Positions 18,545-29,100 are shown, numbered from the stretch's first letter. The stretch: 64,000 bases of DNA from Alphaproteobacteria bacterium (GCA_965214705.1 CBDCCI010000001.1:350887-414886); one strand, 5' to 3'. The notes: generated from the sequence alone by a model not told the origin. Translations and numbers: made by a program.

Positions 18545-19996
18545 ATGCGCACTCGAATCATCCACCTCATCAATCCTCAGACCAACCAGTTCACGACGCG
18601 CCCGATGTACTTCAACCGGGCGCTCTATTCGCCGCTGGCGGGTCTGCTGGCGGTGGCGGCGGTGATTCCGCAGGACCGCTACGAAGTCGTGATGACCGAC
18701 GAGAACATCGAGGACATCGACTTCGACCTGAAGGTCGACATGGTCGGAATCTCGGCCATGACGAGCTACATCAAGCGCGGCTACGAGATTGCCGACCGCT
18801 ACCGCGCGAAAGGTGTGCCCGTGGTCATAGGTGGCGTGCATGCGAGCTTCATGCCCCAGGAGGCACTCCAGCACTGCGACGCCGTTGTGATCGGCGAGGC
18901 CGAGCTGGTCATGCCCAAGCTCCTGGACGATCTGGATCACGGCGAGGTCAAGGGCATCTACCGCGCCGACACGCTGCACCCCATGGTCGACGTGCCCATT
19001 CCCCGCTACGACCTGGTGAAGAAGAACCGCTACGTCAACCGCACCTTCGTCCAGACCTCGCGCGGCTGCCACCAGGGCTGCACCTTCTGCGCCGAGCCGC
19101 TGATGAACGGGCTCAAGTTCCGTTACCGGCCGGTCGACGAGGTGATCCGCGAGATCGAGATGTGCGGGCAGCGCACGATCTCCCTCAACGACGCCGATTT
19201 CTTCGGCACCGAGGAGCGGCCCAAGGAGGTGATGCGGGCGCTCAGGGGGCGCGGCATCCGCTGGCAGGCTGCCGCTACCAGCAAGCTCGCCCAGAAGGAC
19301 GAGATGCTGGAGCTCGCGGCCGAGAGTGGCTGCTACATGCTGAGCATCGGCTTCGAATCGATCTCGCGCGAAACGCTCAAGCGCGTCCACAAGTACGTCA
19401 ACCGGCCGGAGCAGTTCGCGGCGCTGGTGGAGAAGATCCACAGCTACGGGATCATGGTCTTCGGGCTCTTCATGTTCGGCTTCGGCGGCGACGACGAGAC
19501 CGTGTTCGACGAGACGACGAACTTCAACATCGACGCCAAGTACGACGCCTGCGCCTATTCGGTGCTGACCCCCTATCCCGGCACGCTCACCTGGTACGAG
19601 ATGAAGAAGGCCGGGCAGATCGTCTCCTACGACTGGGATCTCTACGACCAGGGGCACATCGTCTACCAGCCCGAGAAGCTCAGCACCCAGACGCTGCGCG
19701 AAGGCCACATGCGGGCCTACAGAAACTTCTACTCGCTGCCCTCGATCGCCAAGCGCTTCCCGCTCACCGGCTCGCGCAACCGGCTCCACTGGAGCATCTA
19801 CAACGGCTTCTTCCGTCGGGGCGAGGTGACGGGACGGGCGATGGAGAAGCCGATCGCGGATGCCACGCCCGAGCCCACGACCATCCCGGTGCCGCCGATC
19901 ATGCCGCAGAAGCGCGAATGGCGTGAGATGGTGGCCGAGGGCATCGGCCCGATGCCGGCCCCGCAGACCGAGCGCGAGCTGCGCAGCCAGGCTTGA
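18545..19996 (+). CDS. B12-binding-domain radical SAM protein
   Basis: N-terminal cobalamin-binding-like domain (DMVGISAMTSYIKRGYEIADRYRAKGVPVVIGGVHAS) followed by a CHQGCTFC (CxxxCxxC) radical-SAM cluster motif. Confidence 0.85.
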   Translation: MRTRIIHLINPQTNQFTTRPMYFNRALYSPLAGLLAVAAVIPQDRYEVVMTDENIEDIDFDLKVDMVGISAMTSYIKRGYEIADRYRAKGVPVVIGGVHASFMPQEALQHCDAVVIGEAELVMPKLLDDLDHGEVKGIYRADTLHPMVDVPIPRYDLVKKNRYVNRTFVQTSRGCHQGCTFCAEPLMNGLKFRYRPVDEVIREIEMCGQRTISLNDADFFGTEERPKEVMRALRGRGIRWQAAATSKLAQKDEMLELAAESGCYMLSIGFESISRETLKRVHKYVNRPEQFAALVEKIHSYGIMVFGLFMFGFGGDDETVFDETTNFNIDAKYDACAYSVLTPYPGTLTWYEMKKAGQIVSYDWDLYDQGHIVYQPEKLSTQTLREGHMRAYRNFYSLPSIAKRFPLTGSRNRLHWSIYNGFFRRGEVTGRAMEKPIADATPEPTTIPVPPIMPQKREWREMVAEGIGPMPAPQTERELRSQA

Positions 19997-20164
19997 GCGT
20001 CCGCGTCGCTGCCGGCACCCGGCCGAAGGAGTTTTTGCAAAACGAACCCAATCTCTCGTAACACATTGATGTAGTTGAATATATTATCGAGCCAAGGGAC
20101 CGCTGCCCCTCTCCCGGATATCTCACCACGGCCGTGGTGAGCAAGGCGGGTTAGCTCTTCTGTC

Positions 20165-20193
20165 CCTAAAGACAATTGGGATTGTCCTTTAGG
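20165..20193. promoter_or_regulatory. operator-like inverted repeat upstream of the betaine-transporter operon
   Basis: CCTAAAGACAAT-TGGG-ATTGTCCTTTAGG (12/13-nt arms) in an AT-rich stretch about 135 nt upstream of the proX-like start. A second palindrome, CTCACCACGGCCGTGGTGAG, lies at 20122-20141. Confidence 0.35.
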
Positions 20194-20328
20194 CTGATAG
20201 AGAGCGATCGATTGCCACGGGCCGGCCGGGCTGACTATGATCGCCACCTGGAGGAGTTCGCCGTACCGGCGGATTCCGCAATGAGCATCGCGCCGATGGA
20301 TGAGCGCGATGCAACAGGGAGCAGTCCA

Positions 20329-20426
20329 ATGTCTAGATTGTCGATGTCACTGGCGGCGGCACTCATGGTTGCCGGCGCCCTTGTCCTTGCGCGCGGGGCC
20401 GATGCGGCCTGCGGCAAGGTGACCAT
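20329..20426 (+). pseudogene. 5' fragment (signal peptide) of the glycine-betaine ABC substrate-binding protein gene, cut by IS insertion
   Basis: MSRLSMSLAAALMVAGALVLARGADAACGKVT then diverges. Joining it to 23088 onward gives ...ACGKVTIAEMTWASAG..., a continuous ProX-like mature N-terminus. Confidence 0.8.
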
Positions 20427-20655
20427 GAACGAAGCCGCTACGCGGAGTTAGCGGCGTAGAGTTCATTCATTTCCGAGGCGTCGCGGGTGCCGTTTGCCCT
20501 GTGCGTTCGCTTCCCGGTTGCGTCAGTGGCGCTCCGCCCGTCGGGTGGCGGATCCCCAGCAGCCTCCCGATCACCAGTGGTTAGCATCGACCCCTGCGAC
20601 GGACCGTCGCCGGATCGGTCCGGCGGCGCGCCGTCGCGATCCAGGGAGATCGATA

Positions 20656-21534
20656 ATGACCGGGACCGCGTGCGACACGAACACCGTCACCCCTCTTCGC
20701 CAGCGCATGGAGGAGCAGCTCCGCATCGCCAATCTGGCCGCGAGCACGTCCAAGGCCTACATCTGCGAGATCAAGAACCTGGCCAGGTACTACGACGCCT
20801 CGCCGGACGAGCTCGACGCCGAGCAGGTGCGCCAGTGGTACCTGGGGCGGATCGACAAGGGGCTCAGTCCGGGCACGACCAACGTCTCCTTCGCCGCGCT
20901 GAACTTCCTCTACATCGACACACTCGGCTGGCCTGACCACGTCGCCGGCCTGCGCTCCCGCAAGAAGCCCGGCAAGCTGCCGCGCTACATGTCGGAGCAG
21001 GAGGTCGAGCACCTCATCCTTGCGACGCCCGACCTCCGCCACCGTGCTGCCATTGTCACCGGCTATGGCGGCGGGCTCCGCATCTCCGAGACCTTGGCCA
21101 TCAAGGTCGGCGACATCCTGTCGGAGAAGAAGCTGCTGCACATCCCCTCCGGCAAAGGCGGCACCGAGAGAATGGCACCGTTGCCGGACAGCGTCATCCA
21201 CTACTTGCGCGCCTACTACAGGAACATCTGGCCGCGTCCGACGAGCTGGCTCTTCTACGGCGTCTCGCTCGACAGGCCCATCGCAACGGAGACCTTGCAG
21301 GCCGCCTTCAGGAGGGCGCGCGACATTGCCGAGCTCGACCGCAGCTACACCTTCCATTGCCTGCGCCATTCGGCGGCGACCCATCTCCTCGAGCGCGGCG
21401 GCGATATCGAGGTGATCCGGGACATGCTCGGCCATCGAAGCGCGAACACGACCCGTCACTACGCCCGCGTCACCGGCAAGATGTTCGAGGGCCTCGACCA
21501 CCCGATCTCAGGCTTCGCAGCGTTGCGCAACTGA
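20656..21534 (+). CDS. tyrosine site-specific recombinase (phage-integrase family) of the IS91-type element
   Basis: ATG at 20656 after GGGAG. Catalytic regions GGGLRISETLAI (R), FHCLRHSAATHLL (HxxR) and LGHRSANTTRHYARV (H...Y). Confidence 0.9.
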   Translation: MTGTACDTNTVTPLRQRMEEQLRIANLAASTSKAYICEIKNLARYYDASPDELDAEQVRQWYLGRIDKGLSPGTTNVSFAALNFLYIDTLGWPDHVAGLRSRKKPGKLPRYMSEQEVEHLILATPDLRHRAAIVTGYGGGLRISETLAIKVGDILSEKKLLHIPSGKGGTERMAPLPDSVIHYLRAYYRNIWPRPTSWLFYGVSLDRPIATETLQAAFRRARDIAELDRSYTFHCLRHSAATHLLERGGDIEVIRDMLGHRSANTTRHYARVTGKMFEGLDHPISGFAALRN

Positions 21535-21540
21535 CGGCGC

Positions 21541-22782
21541 GTGGAGGCCGAACGCGCGGGCGTGGCGGAGATCCTCCGCCGCGCCGGCGCCGCTTTCCGT
21601 GAGCGCCACAAAGGGCGCATCGACGCCGCCCGGCTCAAGGTCATGGGCGCCATCGAGGCGTGCCGCACCGCCGTGCTCGGCGGCCACATGTACGCCTGCG
21701 AGGGCTGCGGGCGCGAGCATCCGCTCTTCAACTCCTGCCGCAACCGCCACTGCCCGACCTGCCAGGGTCTCGCCGCCAACCTCTGGAGCGAGGCCCGCGC
21801 CGGGGACATCCTGCCGGTGCCCTACTTCCATGTGGTCTTCACCCTGCCCAAGGAGGTCGCCGCCATTGCCTTCTGCAACCGAAGGGTGGTGTTCGACATC
21901 CTCTTCCGGGCCGTCGCCGAGACCCTGCGCACCATCGCCGCCGATCCCCACCACGGTGGCATGCGCATCGGCGGCACCGCGGTCCTCCATACCTGGGATC
22001 AGAAGCTCCGCTTCCACCCGCACCTGCACGTGGTCGTGCCCAACGCGGGCTTCGACGTAGACAGCGGCGAGTGGAAGACGGGGAGCACCACCTTCCTCGC
22101 CCCCGTCAAGGTCCTCGGCAGCCTGTTCCGCCGCCTCTTCCTCGAGGAGCTCGCCCGCGCCCACGGCCGGGGGGACCTGGAGTTCCACGGCACCCTCGCC
22201 CACCTCGCCAATCCCGGCGAGTTCCACGCCACGCTTGCCGCCGCCCGGGCCAGGGACTGGGTGGTCTACGCCAAGCGGCCCTTCCGCGGGCCTGAGCAGG
22301 TCTTCCGGTACCTGTCGCACTACACGCACAGAATCGCCATCTCCGACAGCCGCATCGTCTCCTTCGACGGCGAGACGGTCTCCTTCCGCCACCGAAAGCC
22401 GAAGGCGCCGGGGCAGAGAAAGCCGCGCTACGGCATCGCCACCGTGAGCGCAGACGAGTTCATCCGCCGCTTCCTGAGGCACGTCCTGCCGGACGGCATG
22501 CACCGCATTCGCTACTTCGGCATTCTCGCCAACGGCTGTCGCGCCAGCACGCTGGAGAGAGCACGCCAGACTCTCGGCGCCCTCGGCTGCGCCGTCCCCG
22601 AGGAAAGCGTGGGCGGCGCTCGGGCCGAGCCCGACGAAGAGACCGTGATCGACACCGCGCCCGTGGCCTGCCCCCACTGCGGCGGCGTCATGCGCCTCGT
22701 CCGCGAAATCCGCCGCCGCCATGAGCCCCGCTCGACGCGCGGTCCGCCGGCCGTGCCGCCGACCCACAGGGGGAAACCGTGA
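21541..22782 (+). CDS. IS91-family (HUH, Y2) transposase
   Basis: GTG start. N-terminal zinc-binding CEGCGREHPLFNSCRNRHCPTC, HUH block HTWDQKLRFHPHLHVVV, and tyrosine block YLSHYTHRIAIS. Confidence 0.9.
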   Translation: MEAERAGVAEILRRAGAAFRERHKGRIDAARLKVMGAIEACRTAVLGGHMYACEGCGREHPLFNSCRNRHCPTCQGLAANLWSEARAGDILPVPYFHVVFTLPKEVAAIAFCNRRVVFDILFRAVAETLRTIAADPHHGGMRIGGTAVLHTWDQKLRFHPHLHVVVPNAGFDVDSGEWKTGSTTFLAPVKVLGSLFRRLFLEELARAHGRGDLEFHGTLAHLANPGEFHATLAAARARDWVVYAKRPFRGPEQVFRYLSHYTHRIAISDSRIVSFDGETVSFRHRKPKAPGQRKPRYGIATVSADEFIRRFLRHVLPDGMHRIRYFGILANGCRASTLERARQTLGALGCAVPEESVGGARAEPDEETVIDTAPVACPHCGGVMRLVREIRRRHEPRSTRGPPAVPPTHRGKP

Positions 22783-23046
22783 GACGCCCGCTCGCTTCGG
22801 CCCCGCGCAACGGCGCCAAAGCGCCGACGCACGACCGAACCTGTCTCCGCTTGGGCCGGGCTGACAGCCCTCGGCTCACACCCCGCTCAGTCCTCGCAGC
22901 GTGCGCCCGCATGCCTGCCGAAAGGCCGGCGCGAGCGTCGATCTCATGCGCAACTCTGCTGCCGGTGGATGCCGCCTGACGCTGACATCAGCGCACTTTC
23001 CACATAGCTCAACTTCGCCTCTCGTGGCCCGCGCCTCCGTTCAAAA

Positions 23047-23084
23047 GGGTTGGGCAGGCTCTCGAGAGAGAGCCTGCCCAACCC
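23047..23084. repeat. perfect 17-bp stem / 4-nt loop hairpin at the right end of the IS91-type element
   Basis: GGGTTGGGCAGGCTCTC-GAGA-GAGAGCCTGCCCAACCC, ending 3 nt before the element boundary. Its position fits an oriIS/terIS-like end structure. Confidence 0.85.
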
Positions 23085-23087
23085 TTA

Positions 23088-23996
23088 ACCATCGCCGAGA
23101 TGACCTGGGCCTCGGCGGGTGTCGCGGCTCATGTCGAGGACATCATCCTCAAGGAAGGCTACGGCTGCGATACCGAGATCGTGCCGGGCGACACGGTGCC
23201 CACCGTCACCTCCATGACGGAGAAGGGCGAGCCCGACATCGCGCCCGAGGTGTGGATCAACTCCGCGCGCGAGATCGTGGGCAAAGCGGTGGAGGAAGGC
23301 CGCCTCGTGATCGCCGGCGAGATCCTTTCCGACGGCGGCGAGGAAGGCTGGTGGGTTCCTGACTACGTGGTGGAGCAGAATCCGGAGCTCACCACCCTGC
23401 AGGAGGTCATCAAGCGGCCCGACCTCTTCCCCGACAAGGAGGAGCCGGGCAAGGGTCGCTTCTACGGCTGCCCGCCAGGCTGGGCCTGCGAGTACGTCAA
23501 CTCCAATCTCTTCAAGGCTTATGGGCTCGACGACGCAGGTTTCACCATCTTCAATCCCGGCTCGGGCGAGGGGCTGGCCGGGGCGATCGCCAGCGCCTAT
23601 GAGCGCGGCAACCCGATCTTCGCCTACTACTGGGCGCCGACCGCGCTGCTAGGCAACTACCCGATGGTGAAGCTCGGCGGGATGGTGCACGACCCGGAGA
23701 CGTGGCCCTGCATCATCGACAAGGATTGCGCCGACCCGCAGCCAAACATGTACGCGAAGTCGGTAGTGCTCACGGTGGTGACCGCGAGCTTCGCCGAGAG
23801 CGCGCCCGACGCCTTCGGGTTCGTCTCCAGCGTCTCCTGGCCGAATAACCTGGTGAACAGCGTCCTGGCGTGGAAGGACTCGAATCAGGCGACCACGCGG
23901 GAAGCGGCGGAGTACTTCCTCAAGAACCATGAGGACGTGTGGACCGCCTGGGTGTCCGAAGACGTGGCAGCCAAGGTGAAGGCGGCGATGATGTAG
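23088..23996 (+). pseudogene. proX: 3' part of the glycine-betaine/proline-betaine ABC substrate-binding protein gene (ProX-like), lacking its signal peptide
   Basis: (T)IAEMTWASAGVAAHVEDIILKEGYGCDTEIVPGD..., WWVPDYVV and YYWAPTALLG resemble ProX/OpuAC-type binding proteins. It lies directly upstream of the permease and ATPase genes. Confidence 0.8.
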
Positions 23997-24159
23997 CCCG
24001 CTTCCGGCGGGTCAGACACCGACCGGAAGAGTCCGCGCCGGCCCGCTCTCCCGCCCCGTCCCGGTGAACCGTATGGTGCGTCGGGACGGGGAGCCGCGCC
24101 GGCGCGGCCCGGGTGGGAGCGGCATGTCCTCGGGGGAGCAGAACCGGGGAGCCTGAGCC

Positions 24160-25041
24160 GTGACTGACTGGGTCCTGAATTTTCCCACTCTCGACATTGC
24201 CACGCTGCGCGCCGTCCACAAGTCGATCGACGCAGCTTACAAGACGTTTTCGCGCAACTACGGCGATGCCATCGAAAGCGCCTTCGACCCGCTTCTCTGG
24301 CTCCTGATCAGGTTCGAGTGGATCCTGCTCAACGCCCCCTGGTGGGTGATCGTGCTCGCGATCGCAGGCATCTGCTACGCCGCGAGCCGGCGCGTGCGGC
24401 TGAGCCTCGGCGTCATCGTCGCCTTCCTCATCATCGGTGTCCTCGGCATGTGGGAGGACACGATGCGCACGCTCGCCATCATCTTCGTCGCCACCCTCAT
24501 CGCCATCGCCATCGGCATTCCCCTCGGCATCGCCATGTCGCGTTCCGACCGCATGCAGGCGTTCATGACGCCGATCCTCGACGTGATGCAGACGATGCCG
24601 ATCTTCGTCTACCTGATCCCCGTGGTGATGCTGTTCGGCCTCGGCAAGATACCGGGGCTGATCGCGGTGGTGATCTACGCCGTGCCGCCGGTGATCCGGC
24701 TGACCAACCTCGGCATCCGCCTGGTGGACCAGGAGGTGCTTGAGGCGGCGGACGCCTTCGGCGCCGGTACCTGGCGAAGGCTCTTCGGCGTGCAGTTGCC
24801 GCTGGCGCTGCCCAACATCATGGCCGGCGTCAACCAGACCATCATGATGGCGCTCTCGATGGTGGTGATCGCCTCGATGATCGGCGTGAAGGGCCTCGGC
24901 ATGCCCGTGCTCCAGGCGGTTACCAACCAGTACTTCGCCCTCGGCCTCTTCAACGGGGCGGCGGTGGTCGGGCTCGCGATCGTGTTCGACCGGGTGACCC
25001 AGAGCTACGGCCGGCGCATCCAGGCGCAGCGGCAGTCATGA
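24160..25041 (+). CDS. proW: glycine betaine/proline ABC transporter permease
   Basis: GTG at 24160 after GGGGAG. MQTMPIFVYLIPVVMLFGLGKIPGLIAVVIYAVPPVIRLT and EAADAFGAGTWRRLFGVQLPLA (EAA loop) are ProW/OpuAB-like. Confidence 0.9.
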   Translation: MTDWVLNFPTLDIATLRAVHKSIDAAYKTFSRNYGDAIESAFDPLLWLLIRFEWILLNAPWWVIVLAIAGICYAASRRVRLSLGVIVAFLIIGVLGMWEDTMRTLAIIFVATLIAIAIGIPLGIAMSRSDRMQAFMTPILDVMQTMPIFVYLIPVVMLFGLGKIPGLIAVVIYAVPPVIRLTNLGIRLVDQEVLEAADAFGAGTWRRLFGVQLPLALPNIMAGVNQTIMMALSMVVIASMIGVKGLGMPVLQAVTNQYFALGLFNGAAVVGLAIVFDRVTQSYGRRIQAQRQS

Positions 25042-26120
25042 CCGCGCAAACCCACGAAGGCATCCACGTCGGACGCCTGTACAAGGTGTTCGGCACCGAC
25101 CCGGCGTCCGTGATGCCGCTGGTGCACGAGGGCATCGGCAAGCAGGAGCTGCTGGAAGACCACGGTCACGTGCTTGGACTGCGCGACATCAATCTGGACG
25201 TGTCCCCGCGCAGCATCCAGGTCGTCATGGGGCTCAGCGGCTCCGGCAAGTCCACCCTGGTCCGCCATATCAACCGTCTCATCGACCCGACCGAAGGCGA
25301 AATCCGCGTGGACGGGGAGGACATGCTCGCGCTCGACGCCGCAGCGCTAAAGCAACTCCGACGCTACAAGATCAGCATGGTGTTCCAGCGCTTTGCGCTG
25401 TTCCCGCACCGGACCGTGATGGACAACATCAGTTACGGCCTGGCGCTTCAACGCCTTGCCAAGCGCGAACGCGCCGACCGCGCGGCGCGATGGATCGAGA
25501 GGGTCGGCCTGCAGGGCTACGAAAACTCCTATCCGCATCACCTCTCGGGCGGTATGCAGCAGCGCGTCGGCCTCGCCCGCGCGCTCGCGACCGATGCAGA
25601 CATCTTGCTGATGGACGAGGCCTTCAGTGCGCTCGATCCGCTGATCCGATCGGACATGCGGGTGCTGCTGCTGGACCTGCAGCACGAGTTGCACAAGACC
25701 ATCGTGTTCGTCACCCACGACCTCGAGGAAGCCATTGAGATCGGCGACCGCATCGCGATCCTGCGCGACGGCGAGGTCGTTCAGAACGGCGATTCGCAGG
25801 ACATCGTGCTGCGCCCAGCGGACTCCTACATCGCCGACTTCACGAAGAGCATCAATCGCGGCCGCGTCATTCGCGTGGGCTCCATCATGGAGCCGCTCAG
25901 GCCGGACTTGCAGGGGCCCGATTGCCCGCACGACATGTCGGTGGAGGAGGCGCTGCCGGTCGCGGTCGCATCACCCGGTGGCGAGGCCCGCGTCCTGAAC
26001 GGCGAGGGCGAGCCGGTCGGCACCGTATCGCTCGGCACCCTGGTCCGCGCCCTCGGCAACGACCGGGAGCGCGACCGGGCGGCGGCGGGGAACGCCGGGC
26101 AGGCGGCCGAAGCCGGTTGA
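25038..26120 (+). CDS. proV: glycine betaine/proline ABC transporter ATP-binding protein with C-terminal CBS-like region
   Basis: Walker A GLSGSGKST, signature LSGGMQQRV, Walker B ILLMDEAFSALD. The start overlaps the proW stop (ATGA). Confidence 0.9.
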   Translation: MTAQTHEGIHVGRLYKVFGTDPASVMPLVHEGIGKQELLEDHGHVLGLRDINLDVSPRSIQVVMGLSGSGKSTLVRHINRLIDPTEGEIRVDGEDMLALDAAALKQLRRYKISMVFQRFALFPHRTVMDNISYGLALQRLAKRERADRAARWIERVGLQGYENSYPHHLSGGMQQRVGLARALATDADILLMDEAFSALDPLIRSDMRVLLLDLQHELHKTIVFVTHDLEEAIEIGDRIAILRDGEVVQNGDSQDIVLRPADSYIADFTKSINRGRVIRVGSIMEPLRPDLQGPDCPHDMSVEEALPVAVASPGGEARVLNGEGEPVGTVSLGTLVRALGNDRERDRAAAGNAGQAAEAG

Positions 26121-26123
26121 CGT

Positions 26124-29100
26124 CTATTCCGCTGCTGCGGCTTCCTTCACCGCGTCGGCGAAGCTCGCGTCGCGGCCGTAGGCCGAGAGCCCTTCCACGC
26201 TGACGAAGCCGTCTTCCAGGTCGGCGCGTAGCGCGTCCTCCGCCCGCTCGTGCGGGTCGCCGTAGCCGCCGCCGCCCGGCACGCGGACCAGGATCTGATC
26301 GCCCCGGTGGAGCCGGATGTTGACGAACTTGGTGGGGCTCACGGTGCCGTAGACCTCCTTGAAGGTGCGGAACTCATCGTCCTCGACCCGCTTGACGAAG
26401 AAGCCCGTGGGCGCGCCAGCCTCCCCCTTCATCAACCCATAGGGTCCCTCGGTGATGCGGTCGGTGAGCGCGCTCACGCTGATCGCGTCCGCGATCACCT
26501 CGAACTGCCGCCAGCAGCCGAGCCCGCCCCGCCACTTGCCCGCGCCGCCTGAATCGGGGCGGATCTCGTACTTCATCACCCTGAGCGGGAAGCGGGTCTC
26601 GAACACCTCGATCGGCGTGGCACGGATGGTGCTTGCGTGCGCGCAGCAGAGCGCGGTGTTGCCGTCCTTGCCGAGCCGGCCGCCCCAGCCGCCGCCTTCG
26701 AGCTGGTAGTGGGTCCAATACTCGCCGGTATCGGGGTGGATTCCGCCGAGCAGCAGGTTGCACGCGGTGCCGCCCTCGGCCGCGCTCACCATCTCCGGCA
26801 CGGCTTTGGAGAGCGCGTGCTGTACCGCCGCGATGATGCGGGGCTGGCCTTCGGTGTTGCCGGCGACGCTCGGCGCGGGAAACACCGGGTTCGCCACCGT
26901 GCCAGGCGGCGCCACCACGCGGAGAGGCTTGAAGCAGCCGCTGTTGAGCGGCACGTCGCGGGCGCAGAGGGTCTGCAGCACTGCGGTGCAGCCGGCGGCG
27001 GCGGTCGCCACGTAGGTGACGTTGATCGGCCCCCGCGCCTGCTCGTCCGATTCCGAGAGATCGACCACAATCTCTTCCTCGCGGATGTGCACCGTCGGGC
27101 GGAAGTAGAAGCGATTGGTGCTGACCCCGTCGTCCTCGAAGTAGTCCTCGGCCTTGTAGATGCCGTTGGGGAGCTTGCGGATCTCGTTCCGCATCCAGTG
27201 CTCGGCGTGATCCACGAGCGCGTCGCAAATCTTCTCGAAGGTCTCGACGCCGAGCCGCTTCACCATAGCCCCCAGCCGCTGCTCGGCGGTGTTGAGCGAG
27301 CCGATCATCGCGTGGAAGTCGCCCCAGGTAGTGTTGGGCGTGCGGTGATTGGCGAGCGCGATGCGCCAGACGTCCTTCACGTACTCGCCGCGCGAGAGCA
27401 GCTTCACCGGGGGCAGCCGGAGCCCCTCCTGAAACACCTCGGTGGCGGTGCTGGCGAAGGAGCCCACCGCCATGCCGCCGATCTCGGCGATGTGGGCGAT
27501 GTTGGCGGCGTAGCCGATCAGCGTGCCGTCGACGAAGACCGGCTTCATCAGCAGGTGCTCCGGCATGTGGCACTGGCCGCGGTAGGGATCGTTGTGGACG
27601 ATCACGTCGCCGGGCTCGATCGGCTCCTCCATCTCCTTCACGCAGAGCGGCACCGTGTGCAGGCCTGCGCAGATGATCGCCGGGTTCATCTCGGCCTGGC
27701 CCACCATGCGCAGGCGGCGGTCGAACAGGCAGCACGAGAAGTCTCGCGATTCGCTGAAGATCGGCGAATACGCGGTGCGCACCATGGCGCTTTCCATCTC
27801 GTTACAGATGTTGCCGAGCGCGTTGTTGACCACGGTGAGCGTGACCGGGTCCTTCTCCGGCGCGAGCCGTCCGGTGCCCACCGCAGCACCGGCGGCCCTG
27901 GGCAGGCTCACGATCAGGCTGCCGTCGGCGCCGATCTCCACCTCGCTCTGCGGCGGCACGAGGGTGGTGGAATCCATCTCGTCGATGATCGCGGGCCCCG
28001 CGACCACGGAGCCTGCGGGAAGCTCGGCGCGGCGGTAGATCGGCGTCTCCAGCGGCTGGTCGCCGTCGAAGTAGACCTCGCGGTGGGCGTGGGCCTGGCC
28101 CGAGCCCACGGCGGGCGCGCCCAGGGTCGCATCGGTGCGCTCCTCGCCGACGGCGATCACCCGCACCTCGGTCATCTCGGCGACCTTGTCGCGGAGCGCG
28201 TAGCCGTAGAGCTCCTCGTGCTGGCGGTGGAGCCCCTCCAGCGCCCGCGCGAAGCCGTCCCCATCGAGCTCCAGGGTGTCGAGCTGAACCAGCTCGCCGA
28301 AGTTCTGGCCCATGTAGCGCATGCTGATGTAGCCGGTGACCCGCGCCTCGCCCTCCAGCCCATCGCGCTTGAGTTCCTCGACCGCATCGCGGGCGAGTGC
28401 CTGGAGCTGGCTGTTGAGGGCAGGCAGGTCCACCGTGTCCGAACGGTGGTTGACCGTGCGCGCGCGGTCGACACGGAGGTCGGTGAGCAGCGTGCCGAGC
28501 GCCGAGCAGAGCCCCGGATGCGGCGGGACGACGACCTTCTTCATCTCCAGCGGGGCCGCGACATCGACGGCGTGGAGCGGGCCTGCGCCGCCGAAGGCGA
28601 TCAGGGCATAGTCGCGGTGGTCGATGCCGCGCTCGACCGTCATGAGCCGGATTGCGTCGGCCATGTTCTCGGCCGCCGTCTCCAGGATCGCGCGCGCCGT
28701 CTCCACCGCCGTGAGCCCGAGCGTCTGGCCGAGCCCGGCCACGGCCTCGTGCGCCTTGCCGGCATCGAGCGTCATCTCGCCGCCGAGGAAATAGTCGGGG
28801 TCGAGACGGCCGAGCACCACGTTCGCGTCGGTGACCGTGGGCTCGGTCCCGCCCTTGCCGTAGCAGGCAGGGCCGGGGTCGGCGCCGGCGCTGCGTGGCC
28901 CGACGCGGAGCAGGCCGCCCACGTCGACATAGGCGATGGAGCCGCCGCCTGCGCCGATGGTGGTGTAGTCGATGAAGAGCGCGCTCACCGGCACGCCCCA
29001 CTCCACCTCGTACTCGGTGGTTGAGCCGAAGGCGCCGTCGGTGACGAGGCCGACGTCGCAGCTGGTGCCGCCCATGTCGAGGGTGACGCCGTTGCCTTCG

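Larger units (their letters stand above)
20427..23087 (+). mobile_element. IS91-family insertion sequence carrying a tyrosine recombinase plus a HUH-Y2 transposase (2,661 bp)
   Basis: Boundaries are set by the interrupted proX-like gene. ACCAT is present at both junctions (20422-20426 and 23088-23092). Hairpins lie near both ends. Confidence 0.8.

Noticed and set aside
24054-24091. 10-bp stem hairpin (CCCCGTCCCG...CGGGACGGGG) between the proX-like and proW genes. It was considered as an attenuator or terminator.
   Set aside because: It has an 18-nt loop and no U-tract, and it is followed directly by the proW RBS. It may simply be an intercistronic stabilising structure, and the evidence is insufficient to call it.
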